A DNA stretch of 64,000 bases from Amoebidium appalachense (GCA_963693365.1 CAVNZM010000010.1:3470159-3534158), one strand, 5' to 3'; shown: positions 1-9,304, numbered from the stretch's first letter. Notes: a model not told the origin generated them from the sequence alone. Numbers and translations: made by a program.

Positions 1-601
1 ATGGGACAGGCACAAAGGTCCATAAGATTAAGTGCAAGGGAAGGCCTGAGCGGTGAAGGCATTGGTATCCACAAGATGCAAAAGGACACACCTAACGTAT
101 TACATAAAAAACAACTTCTAAAACGGAGGAACCACCTGTAAGGCCCAGAACAGAGAGACAGGGGAGGGGAGAGAAAAAGTGGAAAAGAGGCAGGGGGTGG
201 TGGGGAGAGAGGGGGGGGAGGGGGGGGGGGGGGGGAATCACCTGATGGACTCCCTCCGCTGTAGATGCATCTATCCGGCCGCCATGACGGGTTTGATGCC
301 ACACCCAATCCCTGAGGAAGGGCTGGGGAGGGCACGTGCCAGCTTCGACAGAGTCCTCATGATCCGCTATGCAATAATCAATGTACCGTGCAACGAATGG
401 CTGTTCCAGCTTGGCATGATCTTTAGACCAAGATTTGTTTTCCTTAATGACTTTTTTGTTCACCCCATCTGGGTTGTTTGTTGAACCCGCTGCAGCCAAA
501 AGACAAAAGGCGAGGATAACATGAACGAGAATCCTCAGCAAAGCCCAATGGCCTTGCCCACGTCCAATGCGGACGCGAGCATGTTTGTAACCCATGCTCA
601 C
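1..601 (-). CDS. Host gene, 5' part (signal peptide or signal anchor; function unknown); runs off the left edge
   Basis: ORF 601->242 has a hydrophobic N-terminal stretch (WALLRILVHVILAFCLLAAA). It is followed by a CAG|GTGAT donor at ~241 and a poly-C intron like those of the other host genes. Likely acceptor at ~92 continuing VCPFASCGYQ... Confidence 0.55.
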
Positions 602-957
602 ACAAAATATGTACTGTCAGTTATGATCGAGCATTAAAGGGTGTTGTCTGTTTTTATTATTTTTATATGGGCCTACTGCAATATGATAAGGATGCTAGCG
701 CTGTGTCACACCTGTCAACTGCCAGTCCAGGCTGTGACTGCCCGTTCAAGTACGCCACCACCTGCACGTGGTTGACGTGGTCTTGCTTAGCCCGCCTTTC
801 GAGTTTATTCCTCGAATCAGACGCCACCAACGATGAGCCACAAAAACGGGTCAGAAAACGGGTCAGGAACGATTCGAGCTGATTCGACCCATAATAGTTC
901 GAACCGACCCATTTATGCCCCAAATAAATTTGGCACCAAATAATTTGGCACGAACCT

Positions 958-1122
958 GGTGACGTAAAATGTGGCACGAATTTATTTGGCACCAGCCCGC
1001 TAGCGGAGCACATCCAGGGGTATCCCCAAGCTCCTGTCGGTGCCTGGGCGACATCCTGCCCCATTTTCACCGTTTTGCAGGCTCGTGCCAAATAAATTTC
1101 GTGCCAAATATTACGTCACACC
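958..1122. repeat. Imperfect ~45-bp inverted repeat pair (MITE-like or hairpin)
   Basis: GGTGACGTAAAATGTGGCACGAATTTATTTGGCACCAGCC (958-997) versus the reverse complement of 1079-1122, GGTGTGACGTAATATTTGGCACGAAATTTATTTGGCACGAGCC. Extra ATTTGGCAC copies lie at ~927-951. Confidence 0.7.
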
Positions 1123-1641
1123 CTAGGAGCTTGGGAATTGAGGGTAGCACCATCACTTGTCTCTACACCGAGAGAAAAAACAGACATGTGCAACATGTTT
1201 CAATGTTTGAAATCCCCACGACGCGGGCATGCACGGCCGGCCGGGAGGGGCGGGGCGGGGCGGGGCACACAGGCCCGGCCCGGGAGGCAGGCGTGGCGCG
1301 TGCGCTGGGGAGAAACGCGGGCACCCCCAGCCACCCAGCAGTCAACTCGGGGTTGGTTTGGGGTGTGTTGATTGGCCATTGTGAGTGCAGCGCCTGCTCC
1401 CTCCACAGCCAATGAGCGTTGAGTGCCTTAGATCAGTTGTGTCCGATTGGGGAACATGTACAGCGGTGTAGGGCCGAATTGGGGATTTTGATTGGCGTCA
1501 GGTGAGAGCCCGGGACCGCCGCAGCCAATGGGAGACGACGGGACCACCCAACGGCTCGGCACAAGGGTACATAAGCACAGACGGTGTTGTCAAAAGCACA
1601 CTCTTGCTGCAGCGTGACAGTGGGCTTTTGGAATTGCCAAC

Positions 1642-2676
1642 ATGACGCACATTGAGCGTATTCACATTCTCGGTAAGGACCGCGAGCCCCGGTTCGCCTA
1701 CCAACCGGAGCTGTTCTACACGCTGCACCTGCACCCCGAGGCGCCTGGCTCGATCCGCATGGGCACCGCCGCGATCTTCAGCACGAAGACAGGGGAGGAG
1801 AGGGTGTGGCCGGTCGACGTCATCCTCTCCGGGCCGGTACCGCGGCAGTTTGTCGACGAGGAGGGGCGGTGGACCCAGCGGGACAGTTACACACCTCCCG
1901 ACCCCCGCTTCGAAGGGCGTGGCAGCGCGGTGTGGCGTGCTGATGCACTGTACGACGAGCTCCAGGCGCCGGCGCTGCGCAGCCTCATCCCCGACGACAC
2001 GGGCCTCGGGTTCCTCCTCCGCAAGTGCCCCCACCCCGACTTCGACGATGTGGACAACGACAACGACGAGGTGATCACCGTCGAGGAGACGGAGCACGTC
2101 TGGGGTGTGAGGCTTGGGCAGGCGATGGCGGCTCCGACCGTGGTTCGGCCGCTCCACCAGGTCGTCGAGAGCGCGACGGTCCGCGCGGCGCCGGTGCCGG
2201 ACGAGCAGTGTTCCGTGTACGCATTGAACACGTTGGCCAGCGACGAGGAGGCCAGCACGGTAGAAATGTTTGAGGTCTGGCCGGTGCTTCATTGTGGGCA
2301 GCCCGCGCTGCGCCTGGGTCTCTACTACCTGCTGGCCGAGCTGAAGCTGGCCGAGCGCTTTGTGCCCCTGGACGTCATCGTCCAAGGCGACTGGGTCGAG
2401 GCCAAGATCGACGAGCACGGGACGTGGAGGGCCGGAGCGGTGGTTGGGCGAAGGGCGGTGGGCAGCGAGGATGCGTTCTACCTCCAGATTTACATTGCGC
2501 TCGGCCGGCACTTCGGGTTGGGGGTGCTGTCGCGGCAGATGCTGGGAATGGATGCTACCAGGACGGAGGTGCTTCGTATTGCACCACGCAGAGTGTACGA
2601 GCTGGATTATGACATGGACACCGTGGACTTCGAAGTCCCGTTCGAGGGCCACGCGTTTATGCATGCATTTTCGTGA
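1642..2676 (+). CDS. Hypothetical protein (344 aa) with an internal duplication and a possible C-terminal Tudor/Agenet-like module
   Basis: Intronless ORF with strong GC3 bias; TATA-like TACATAA at ~1569 and CCAAT boxes upstream. GDWVEAKIDEHGTWRAGAVV resembles the Tudor/Agenet core. Confidence 0.75.
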   Translation: MTHIERIHILGKDREPRFAYQPELFYTLHLHPEAPGSIRMGTAAIFSTKTGEERVWPVDVILSGPVPRQFVDEEGRWTQRDSYTPPDPRFEGRGSAVWRADALYDELQAPALRSLIPDDTGLGFLLRKCPHPDFDDVDNDNDEVITVEETEHVWGVRLGQAMAAPTVVRPLHQVVESATVRAAPVPDEQCSVYALNTLASDEEASTVEMFEVWPVLHCGQPALRLGLYYLLAELKLAERFVPLDVIVQGDWVEAKIDEHGTWRAGAVVGRRAVGSEDAFYLQIYIALGRHFGLGVLSRQMLGMDATRTEVLRIAPRRVYELDYDMDTVDFEVPFEGHAFMHAFS

Positions 2677-2856
2677 CAGACGGGTGAACCTGGCGAACTT
2701 GGTGATTGGTTGCGCATATGTGAGCCTAAACCCTAAGGGTTGTGTGGGGGGTGGGGGTGGGTGTGTATTTGCGTTGGTCATTTGCCCACAGGATGGGTCA
2801 AAACGCGCAGCCTGCGCGCAAATAAACCACAAAAACACAGGAGCGCGCCCCACCGT

Positions 2857-2927
2857 GTGGCCCGCGAGGCCTGGGAGGCCCGCCCGCCCGGCGAGCCACG
2901 CGTGCCACGCGTGCCACGCATGCCCCG
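2857..2927. repeat. 9-bp-periodic G(A/T)GGC / GCC(A/T)C inverted pentamer cluster, copy 1 (~70-bp direct repeat of ~5440-5510)
   Basis: GTGGC/GAGGC at 2857, 2866, 2875, then GCCAC/GCCCC at 2895, 2904, 2913, 2922. Confidence 0.85.
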
Positions 2928-3119
2928 CGCTTGGTGTTGGGTTGCTGTTGTCAAAGCGTCGTGTTTCATTTATTGGTTCAATGTGGTTCTGGGTCTTGGA
3001 CGTATCTTGTCCGTGCCTGATAGCAAATCCCGACAACCCCCCCTTCCCCTTCCAACTATAGCTCTAGACCCAGAACCATAAGCACCAATGTCTGAAAGCA
3101 TATATTGAGAGTGGTAGTT

Positions 3120-3446
3120 GTGTCTCTGCTGTCTCTGGGTCTAACCCTTCCAACCCCAAGCAGCTTGGAGTGAGATTTTATATGTAAAAACAAAGACACC
3201 CACGCCTGATTACCAATAATGCTGTTAACCCAGAGACACAGAGACAAACAATAAACAAACAATATCTATGAATTCTTATTATGTATTTTCCGAAATTATA
3301 AGAGTTTTACACAAGAACAGCCAATCAGGTGCGTTATTTCCTTTTTAGGAAAGCAGAGACAACTCAGAGACACTCAGAGACACGGGAACCAATGAAAATG
3401 CGGCATTTTATGGCTAAGAGACGAAGCAGAGACAACTCAGAGACGA
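3120..3446. promoter_or_regulatory. Candidate replication origin: CAGAGAC iterons (direct and inverted) around AT-rich DNA, directly downstream of the helicase gene
   Basis: GTCTCTG at 3122 and 3131; CAGAGAC at 3231, 3239, 3354, 3365, 3375, 3427, 3438. Near-perfect 19-bp inverted repeat (3121-3140 vs 3228-3246). AT-rich tract at ~3246-3312. The origin function is inferred. Confidence 0.5.
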
Positions 3447-3467
3447 CACAAAAACACGGCACACTAA

Positions 3468-4925
3468 TCAAATGTCTCGGATTTTCTGGACTGTCATGAC
3501 GTAGCACCAAGCCTTGCCTGTGTTAGTCGTCGTCCATTGGGCTGTTACGACGTTCTTTCCAGGTGTGATGCGGACGTTGATTGGGTCTCCGAGTATTCCA
3601 TGAACAGCCTCGCCGAACTTCCGAGAAGTGAGCTGCGTGTTCTTGGGTGTGTTGTTGATCTCACACCACCGCAAATAAAATTGGAATAGGTCGCTCCGCG
3701 GAATCTTGTCCCCGTCCTTGATCTGGGGCAGATGAGGCTCGTGTTCACCATTGACAAGATCCATCAGAAACTGGGCCTCATCTGGTCGTGCTCGTTCCAT
3801 GAGCGCGCGGCGTGCGGAATTGTCGCGTGGGAAGGGCATCACGTCGGGTACGTTGGGAAGCCGGGTGTAGTAGTCGCAGATGGCCTGGAGGACATTGGAA
3901 TCCTTGATGTAGCTTGCGAACCACGAGAAGTAGCGCTGGTCTCCGCGGCGGATGGGGGAGACAGTGAAACACGAGTAACGGCGGCAGCCGCGCTCAATCT
4001 TAACCGCATATGGGTCATTTGAAAGAATGACGTACGACTCGAAGGTGTCCACTGTCTCGACATCAACTCCCTTGCGTTCCGGCTGCATTTTGTTCCCGGT
4101 GATTCTGTCTTTCATGATGTTGTGCATTTCATGGCAACCTCCCCACATGACCTCTTCGCACACGATGAGTACTTTGTTGAGTAGGTGATGGTTGAAACGG
4201 CCGGCAATCTTGCACTTCTCCGATATGGTGTCTGAGCATACGGGACCCATTATGTCACGGATTGCCTTCCACCATTGTGATTTTCCACATCCGGGCAGGG
4301 ATACAAACACGAGCGCTGTGTTCGGCTTCATGCCGGGTTTCTGAAATCTGTGCGCCACCCACGTCTCTAGCACCTCCATGTCCTTGGCCTCGCCGCCACA
4401 GAGAACCTCAAATGCATGCTTTCGGAACGGCTCGACTGCGTCGTATTTGATTTGATTGGCCGGGTTGTGTCGAATTGTGAAGCCTTGGAACATGTTGAAG
4501 AAACGGTGGATGGTGGACTTGTTTGTGTACTTTCGCTTGCCTGTGACCGGATCAGGATCCATTGGGTCGCTGATGACCCCGCAGTAGTTGAATACCCGTG
4601 GATCCATAAGGATCCTCGAGCCCATGACCACAACAGTCTTGCCGTTTTCTGTCATTTTGAAGCTGTATTTGTCAAGTTCATTCTTTGCCACCTGCGATGA
4701 AATGATCTGATGGACCATTTGACCCTCTCGGTTGTAATTTTTCATGATGTATTGGTTTTTCCCAGCGATTCCCGCTATGTTTGCTGAAACAAACCAAACA
4801 GCCTCCTCCATCGTCCATTGGTCATCTCTGATTGTGGTGGATGGGTGCCATGGCAGGCTTGGGTCTGGAGTGAGGTCTTCAAATCTTTCCCATACTGGTG
4901 CCTCTGACATTGGTTGTCGTACCAT
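3468..4925 (-). CDS. D5-like / NrS-1-type superfamily 3 helicase (DUF5906-like ATPase plus C-terminal winged helix); no primase domain evident
   Basis: Walker A SLPGCGKS, GRFN, Walker B LIVCEE, ERKGVD, motif C VILSN, RRY. C-terminal DLFQFYLRWCEINN...SRKFG is typical of the D5/primase C-terminal wHTH. Confidence 0.9.
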   Translation of the reverse strand: MVRQPMSEAPVWERFEDLTPDPSLPWHPSTTIRDDQWTMEEAVWFVSANIAGIAGKNQYIMKNYNREGQMVHQIISSQVAKNELDKYSFKMTENGKTVVVMGSRILMDPRVFNYCGVISDPMDPDPVTGKRKYTNKSTIHRFFNMFQGFTIRHNPANQIKYDAVEPFRKHAFEVLCGGEAKDMEVLETWVAHRFQKPGMKPNTALVFVSLPGCGKSQWWKAIRDIMGPVCSDTISEKCKIAGRFNHHLLNKVLIVCEEVMWGGCHEMHNIMKDRITGNKMQPERKGVDVETVDTFESYVILSNDPYAVKIERGCRRYSCFTVSPIRRGDQRYFSWFASYIKDSNVLQAICDYYTRLPNVPDVMPFPRDNSARRALMERARPDEAQFLMDLVNGEHEPHLPQIKDGDKIPRSDLFQFYLRWCEINNTPKNTQLTSRKFGEAVHGILGDPINVRITPGKNVVTAQWTTTNTGKAWCYVMTVQKIRDI

Positions 4926-4928
4926 TAA

Positions 4929-5372
4929 TTAATGTGTACATTTTATTTTTTCGTCCATCGCGGATGGTTTGCCGCATGATTCTGCAACGGTCGTGATATT
5001 GGGCTCCAGCTCGGGATGCGACGTTGCGATGTGCGTACTCATCGACAGGTACGAGATAAATTCGATGCCACACCCCGCTGGGCACGCCAACCGTTTCCTT
5101 GTCCACCTTGGCTTTCGCTCGTCGCTGTGCCAAGCCTTTTTGTGTGCAAACAAACTGCCTGGGTTTTGAAAAGCTGCTGTGCACTGTTTGCATACGTAGG
5201 GCCGTGCTCCAGTGTGTAGGTTTTGGTGGTCTCGCAAGGTGTCGCGCCGGGAGAATATGGCTGGGCAGCCATTGTGTTCACACTTAAACCGTCGTTCCTG
5301 TGTGCGGCGTCGCTTTTGGAGAGACGGTTTGGTGTCATGGTGCTCGTTTGGGACATACGTGGCGGGATCCAT
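4929..5372 (-). CDS. C2H2 zinc-finger protein (3 fingers), in frame with the downstream SF3 helicase
   Basis: FKCEHNGCPAIFSRRDTLRDHQNLH-TGARPY-VCKQCTAAFQNPGSLFAHKKAWH and CPAGCGIEFISYLSMSTHIATSH, with a TGEKPY-type linker. Likely start is MDPATY (ATG at 5372) with TATATA just upstream. Confidence 0.88.
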   Translation of the reverse strand: MDPATYVPNEHHDTKPSLQKRRRTQERRFKCEHNGCPAIFSRRDTLRDHQNLHTGARPYVCKQCTAAFQNPGSLFAHKKAWHSDERKPRWTRKRLACPAGCGIEFISYLSMSTHIATSHPELEPNITTVAESCGKPSAMDEKIKCTH

Positions 5373-5430
5373 CGTCCTTGACTCGTATATAGACACGAAA
5401 AAAGTGTCAAATGCCCCCGCCCACCCCCGA

Positions 5431-5510
5431 GAGGCCCGAGAGGCCCGCGAGGCCTGGGAGGCACGCCCGCCCGGCGAGCCACGTGTGCCACGCGTGCCTC
5501 GCATGCCCCC
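5431..5510. repeat. 9-bp-periodic GAGGC / GCC(A/T)C inverted pentamer cluster, copy 2, in the divergent promoter between the ZnF-helicase and AAA ATPase genes
   Basis: GAGGC at 5431, 5440, 5449, 5458; GCCAC/GCCTC/GCCCC at 5478, 5487, 5496, 5505. Confidence 0.85.
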
Positions 5511-5632
5511 ATGCCCCGCCCCGGCGCGGGAATTTTCACGCCGGGTTTTGGGCAGCCACCCACCAATATGACCGATGGCCATTTTGGTTGTGTGTGCGCC
5601 TCCGCCGCTTCCGATTTTGTAGTCGAGGAGCA

Positions 5633-7109
5633 ATGAGTTCACGCCCGCGCGGCAGACCCCCGAAACGCCCCAGAACGGAGGAACCGGAGGACGATGACCC
5701 GCTCACCTCATGGTTCTCCGGGATTTGGCAGCTGACCGCCGACCGTGCAAGGGACCGTGCGGACGCGGTGGGGGGCTTCAAGCAAGTTGACACCGGAGCA
5801 AAGGGACGCGCTGTACAACGACTACATGACCAACTGCGATATCTTTGCCAGTATCCACAACGACGTAGAAAACCGCGAGATCACGACCCCAATCAGACAG
5901 ATCGTCTTCCCGCCCGACGGTGACGGCCTCGAGCCACGCGACGAGGACCTGGCAGAGTTTATGAACATTAATGGGCTGAAGGAGGCGAAGCAGAAGCTTT
6001 TGGAAACCGTTATTGTTCCACGGTTTGTCCCCGAACTGTTCCGCAGCCTGCGAACGCCTGGGCGGGGAATTCTGATGTTTGGTCCACCCGGGACCGGCAA
6101 GACGTTTATTGCCAGCAAGTTGGCGCAGGTGGGCAGGTCGACGTTTATGAACGTGTCGTCCGCTGTGCTCAACTCAAAGTGGGAGGGCAACTCGGAGAAG
6201 GCGGTGCAGGCGGTGTTTTCGCTCGCAAGGTGCCTGCGTCCCACTGTCATGTTTCTGGACGAGGCCGAGTCGATACTGGGCTCCCGAAACCGCAACAGTG
6301 CGAGCGGGTCGGGCAACTCGTACAAGATCACAAACCAGTTTCTTTCGGAGTACGACGGGCTGCGCAAGAACAATGACCATATGCTGTACGTGGCCGCGAC
6401 AAACCTGCCGTTCGACCTGGACCGGGCGATTCTGAGGCGATTTCCCGTTCGCGTGTTTGTTGACCTGCCGCTACCGATCGACATCCTCGAACTGATATTG
6501 GAAAAATTGGAAGAGTTCCAAGCGGAGTATCCCCTGAGCGTCGACCCAACGCTGCTAGTAGTCAATGACGGGGTTCACACCCCGCGAGAGGCCCTGCAGA
6601 AGTTGGCGTACTGGATGTTTCTCAAGTCGTATTCCACATCGGACATCCTCAATCTAATCAAGCAGGCTGCGATGGCGCCAATGTCTCGGCGCATTCGGGA
6701 GATTTTTCAGTCACCCTCGGGGACAGACAGCTTTGCCGGAGAGCTCAAAGGGCTGATCGAAAGACAGCCCAAGCCACTGGCAGTGCGGGATTTCCTGTCG
6801 GCGGCAAATACTGTTCTCCCCGCGTTTACAAAGTTTGACGATGACATGGAATACACCCCGGGCTACATAGAGCTATTTGCATTCAAGATCAATATTGAAT
6901 GGCGGCGCGGCGAAGCGATGCCCCCCGGGTTCGCACACGCACTCCAACAGCACAGGGATGCGGAGCTGAACCCAACCAGCTTGTGGGGACCCGAGGTTCC
7001 GAAATGGTACGTCCACGACACCCGCGAGGGCAAGGATTACGCCCTTGGTCGTTACTACCAGGAGCAGGTGCTGCCGGAATTGGATTTTGTGCCCATCGAC
7101 GGCGTTTGA
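5633..7109 (+). CDS. Vps4/katanin/spastin-clade AAA+ ATPase; probable AT-hook/NLS N-terminus joined through a +1 frameshift near 5735
   Basis: GILMFGPPGTGKT (Walker A), SKWEGNSEK (pore loop), MFLDEAE (Walker B), ATNLPFDLDRAILRRFPVRVFVDLP (second region of homology). The main ORF 5745-7109 lacks a proximal ATG; ATG 5633 (MSSRPRGRPPKRPR) is one base out of frame. Confidence 0.9.
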
Positions 7110-7410
7110 ACCCGGGTGTGTATTTTGGTAAGCAATTGGCAATCGATCAATGTGATCGATCGATAGCCATTTTGGTTGTGTGTGTGTGTGTGCCGTAACC
7201 CGCAGCCTGCAATCGGTCAATGTGACCGGTTGTGATTTTGCTAGGCACTGGGTAACTTGGCAGCCAAATGCCTCAAATTGAGGCCTTTGAAATGGTTAAC
7301 CAGACCATCAGTTCGAGTGAAGTGGATGTGTTGCACCCTCCCGCTGGCCGGGTACAAAAGGCGCCGCGCGCAAAATAAAATCGCAGTCTTACTCTGAAAT
7401 GACTTCAAAC

Positions 7411-9211
7411 ATGTCTCCCCCACCCTCTTACTCTCCCCCCCCCTCTTGGCCCCGACTGGCGCCCGCCCGCGGGCCACGAGCCGCGCGTGGACACGTCGTC
7501 GGTGCCCGCGTGGCCCGGCGTGCGCCCGTTCTTTGCACCGGACGGGGAGAAGGTGCTGACGTACCTGACGAAGTTCGACGGGCACGTGTTCTTCAACGCG
7601 GGGTACTCCGCGTCGCTCGGGAGCAAGGAGGCGGGCGGAACATGGAAAAATCCTGTCAATTGGGTTAGGCACAATCAGGACATGATTGATCGGGTGTTGG
7701 AGTTGACTCGGATGGATGTGGAGACGATGGATCTGGAAGGTGGAAAGTTGGACGTGGCTCCAAGTTCGTCCCGGGTGCTTGTTCAAAGGGCGTTTTCGCG
7801 GATCAAGAAGCTACCCGCAATATCTCACGCCGATGGCTCCGTCGCCTACGCCTTCGCAACGCACGGTCTGATACCCGCCATCGAGATGTACCGCGGGACC
7901 TGGTTCGCGTTCGAGCTGACCGCGCCGTTTCTGCGCTACTGCTTTCCCGCCCTCTGCAAGCTTTGGGACAGCGAGGTGATGGGTACAAAGGTACCGTGCA
8001 TGCTTCCAAGCACGTCAGTCTCTCCATCAATGGCGACAGAACAGACCGATTTCATGTCGATGGCGGATGAGGTTGTTACAAAAAAGGGCGACACAATTTG
8101 CATAGGTGACCACGCCATCCGAGTGTGTGAGGTCGATGGTGTGAAGATGGCGAGTCTCGTGGACTACACAATGCTGGTGCGTGGCTTGGACAGATGTGCT
8201 GCAGCAAAATACATAGGCCGGCATCTATTGGATACGACAGGGGACCAATTGGTCAAAGTGACCAATTGCTCGTTTGGTAAGGGAGGGAAGTTGTCACCTG
8301 CTGTTCCGGCGACATCTCTGGTCAAGCTGACCTTCAAGATTGCGTCCAACGCGCGCTACGGTTCCGCGATCATTGAGAAGTGGGCCAAAGATATAGCGCG
8401 TCTGGAAGGTGGGGACGAAACACTGGTGGAGGACATTGAGCGCAACCGGGCCACGGCAGAGGCCAACCCCTCAGGACCCAATGCGTTCATGCGCGACAGC
8501 GTGAGGGGGGAGATGGATGCAGCTGGCACCCCAGAGAGGGAGCACAAGAGACCCAGGCTCGGGGACATCACCCAGTTCATGACTAACCAGGCCGAGATGG
8601 AAACTGCCCTAAGTCTGTACAAGGAGGCCCGTATTGCCGAATCTCCTGTGTACACGGAGATCGCAAGGATGCGCGAGGAGGGTGTTTTGTGTGACAAGAA
8701 GGCAGCGATTCTACGAGAAGAGCGTTTGAAGATCGAGGCACAGTGTCGTCTTCTGGAGCTTCAACCCTATGCCCCCAAGTCCGATCATGTCCCACCTGAG
8801 TACGAAGATGCAAGCGAGCAGCTACGAAGGGTTACGAACCGTGTGTGCACCAAACAGCAGTCTGGTATCTACGTGTTTGTGTCTGAATATGGTGACCCGC
8901 CATGTTTGAAGATCGGACAAAGTTTGAAGGACGTGAAGGGTCGTATGAAACAGGCAGCTACATGGCACGTAGGCCCTAACAAGCGGTTGTTGTTTGCTCT
9001 CCCGGTGCCCTCGGAGCACCTGGCTCTTGCCGAGAAGTACCTACACACTGCACTCACCCACAAGAACGTGGAGCGCGAGCTCTTCCGTGTAGATTACATG
9101 TCTTTTGCCGGTGCAATGCTCGAGATGGCTAGGGAGTTCATGGAGGATGACCTAATCAGAGACCTAGTTGTGAGTGTATTCAAAAGTGCAAAGGGAGATG
9201 TGTCTGAGTGA
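7411..9211 (+). CDS. BRO-N/antirepressor-like DNA-binding domain plus C-terminal T5orf172 (MUG113/GIY-YIG-like) domain protein
   Basis: C-terminal SGIYVF...LKIGQS..DVKGRMKQ...AEKYLH...ERELFRV matches the T5orf172 pattern. Central IRVCE...ASLVD...GKGGKLSPAV...RLEGGDETLVEDIERN resembles giant-virus BRO-N-like domains. The ORF is open from GTG 7487; ATG 7411 becomes in-frame if one C is removed from the C-run at 7435-7443. Confidence 0.75.
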
Positions 9212-9304
9212 TAATTTGCGCGATGTGGTGGTACACACAGATTTTGGGCGGTGTTGGCGAATCCGCCCCTATAAAACCCAACTCGCACGAGAAATGTCCG
9301 CAGA

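Noticed and set aside
1498-3061. 512-aa minus-strand ORF and other overlapping frames
   Set aside because: Shadow ORFs caused by the high GC3 of the 1642-2676 gene; no protein-like motifs.
4923-4934. TTAATTAA as a piggyBac-type TTAA duplication footprint
   Set aside because: Removing 4 bp would break the frame shared by the two ORFs, piggyBac normally excises precisely, and no transposon remnants are nearby.
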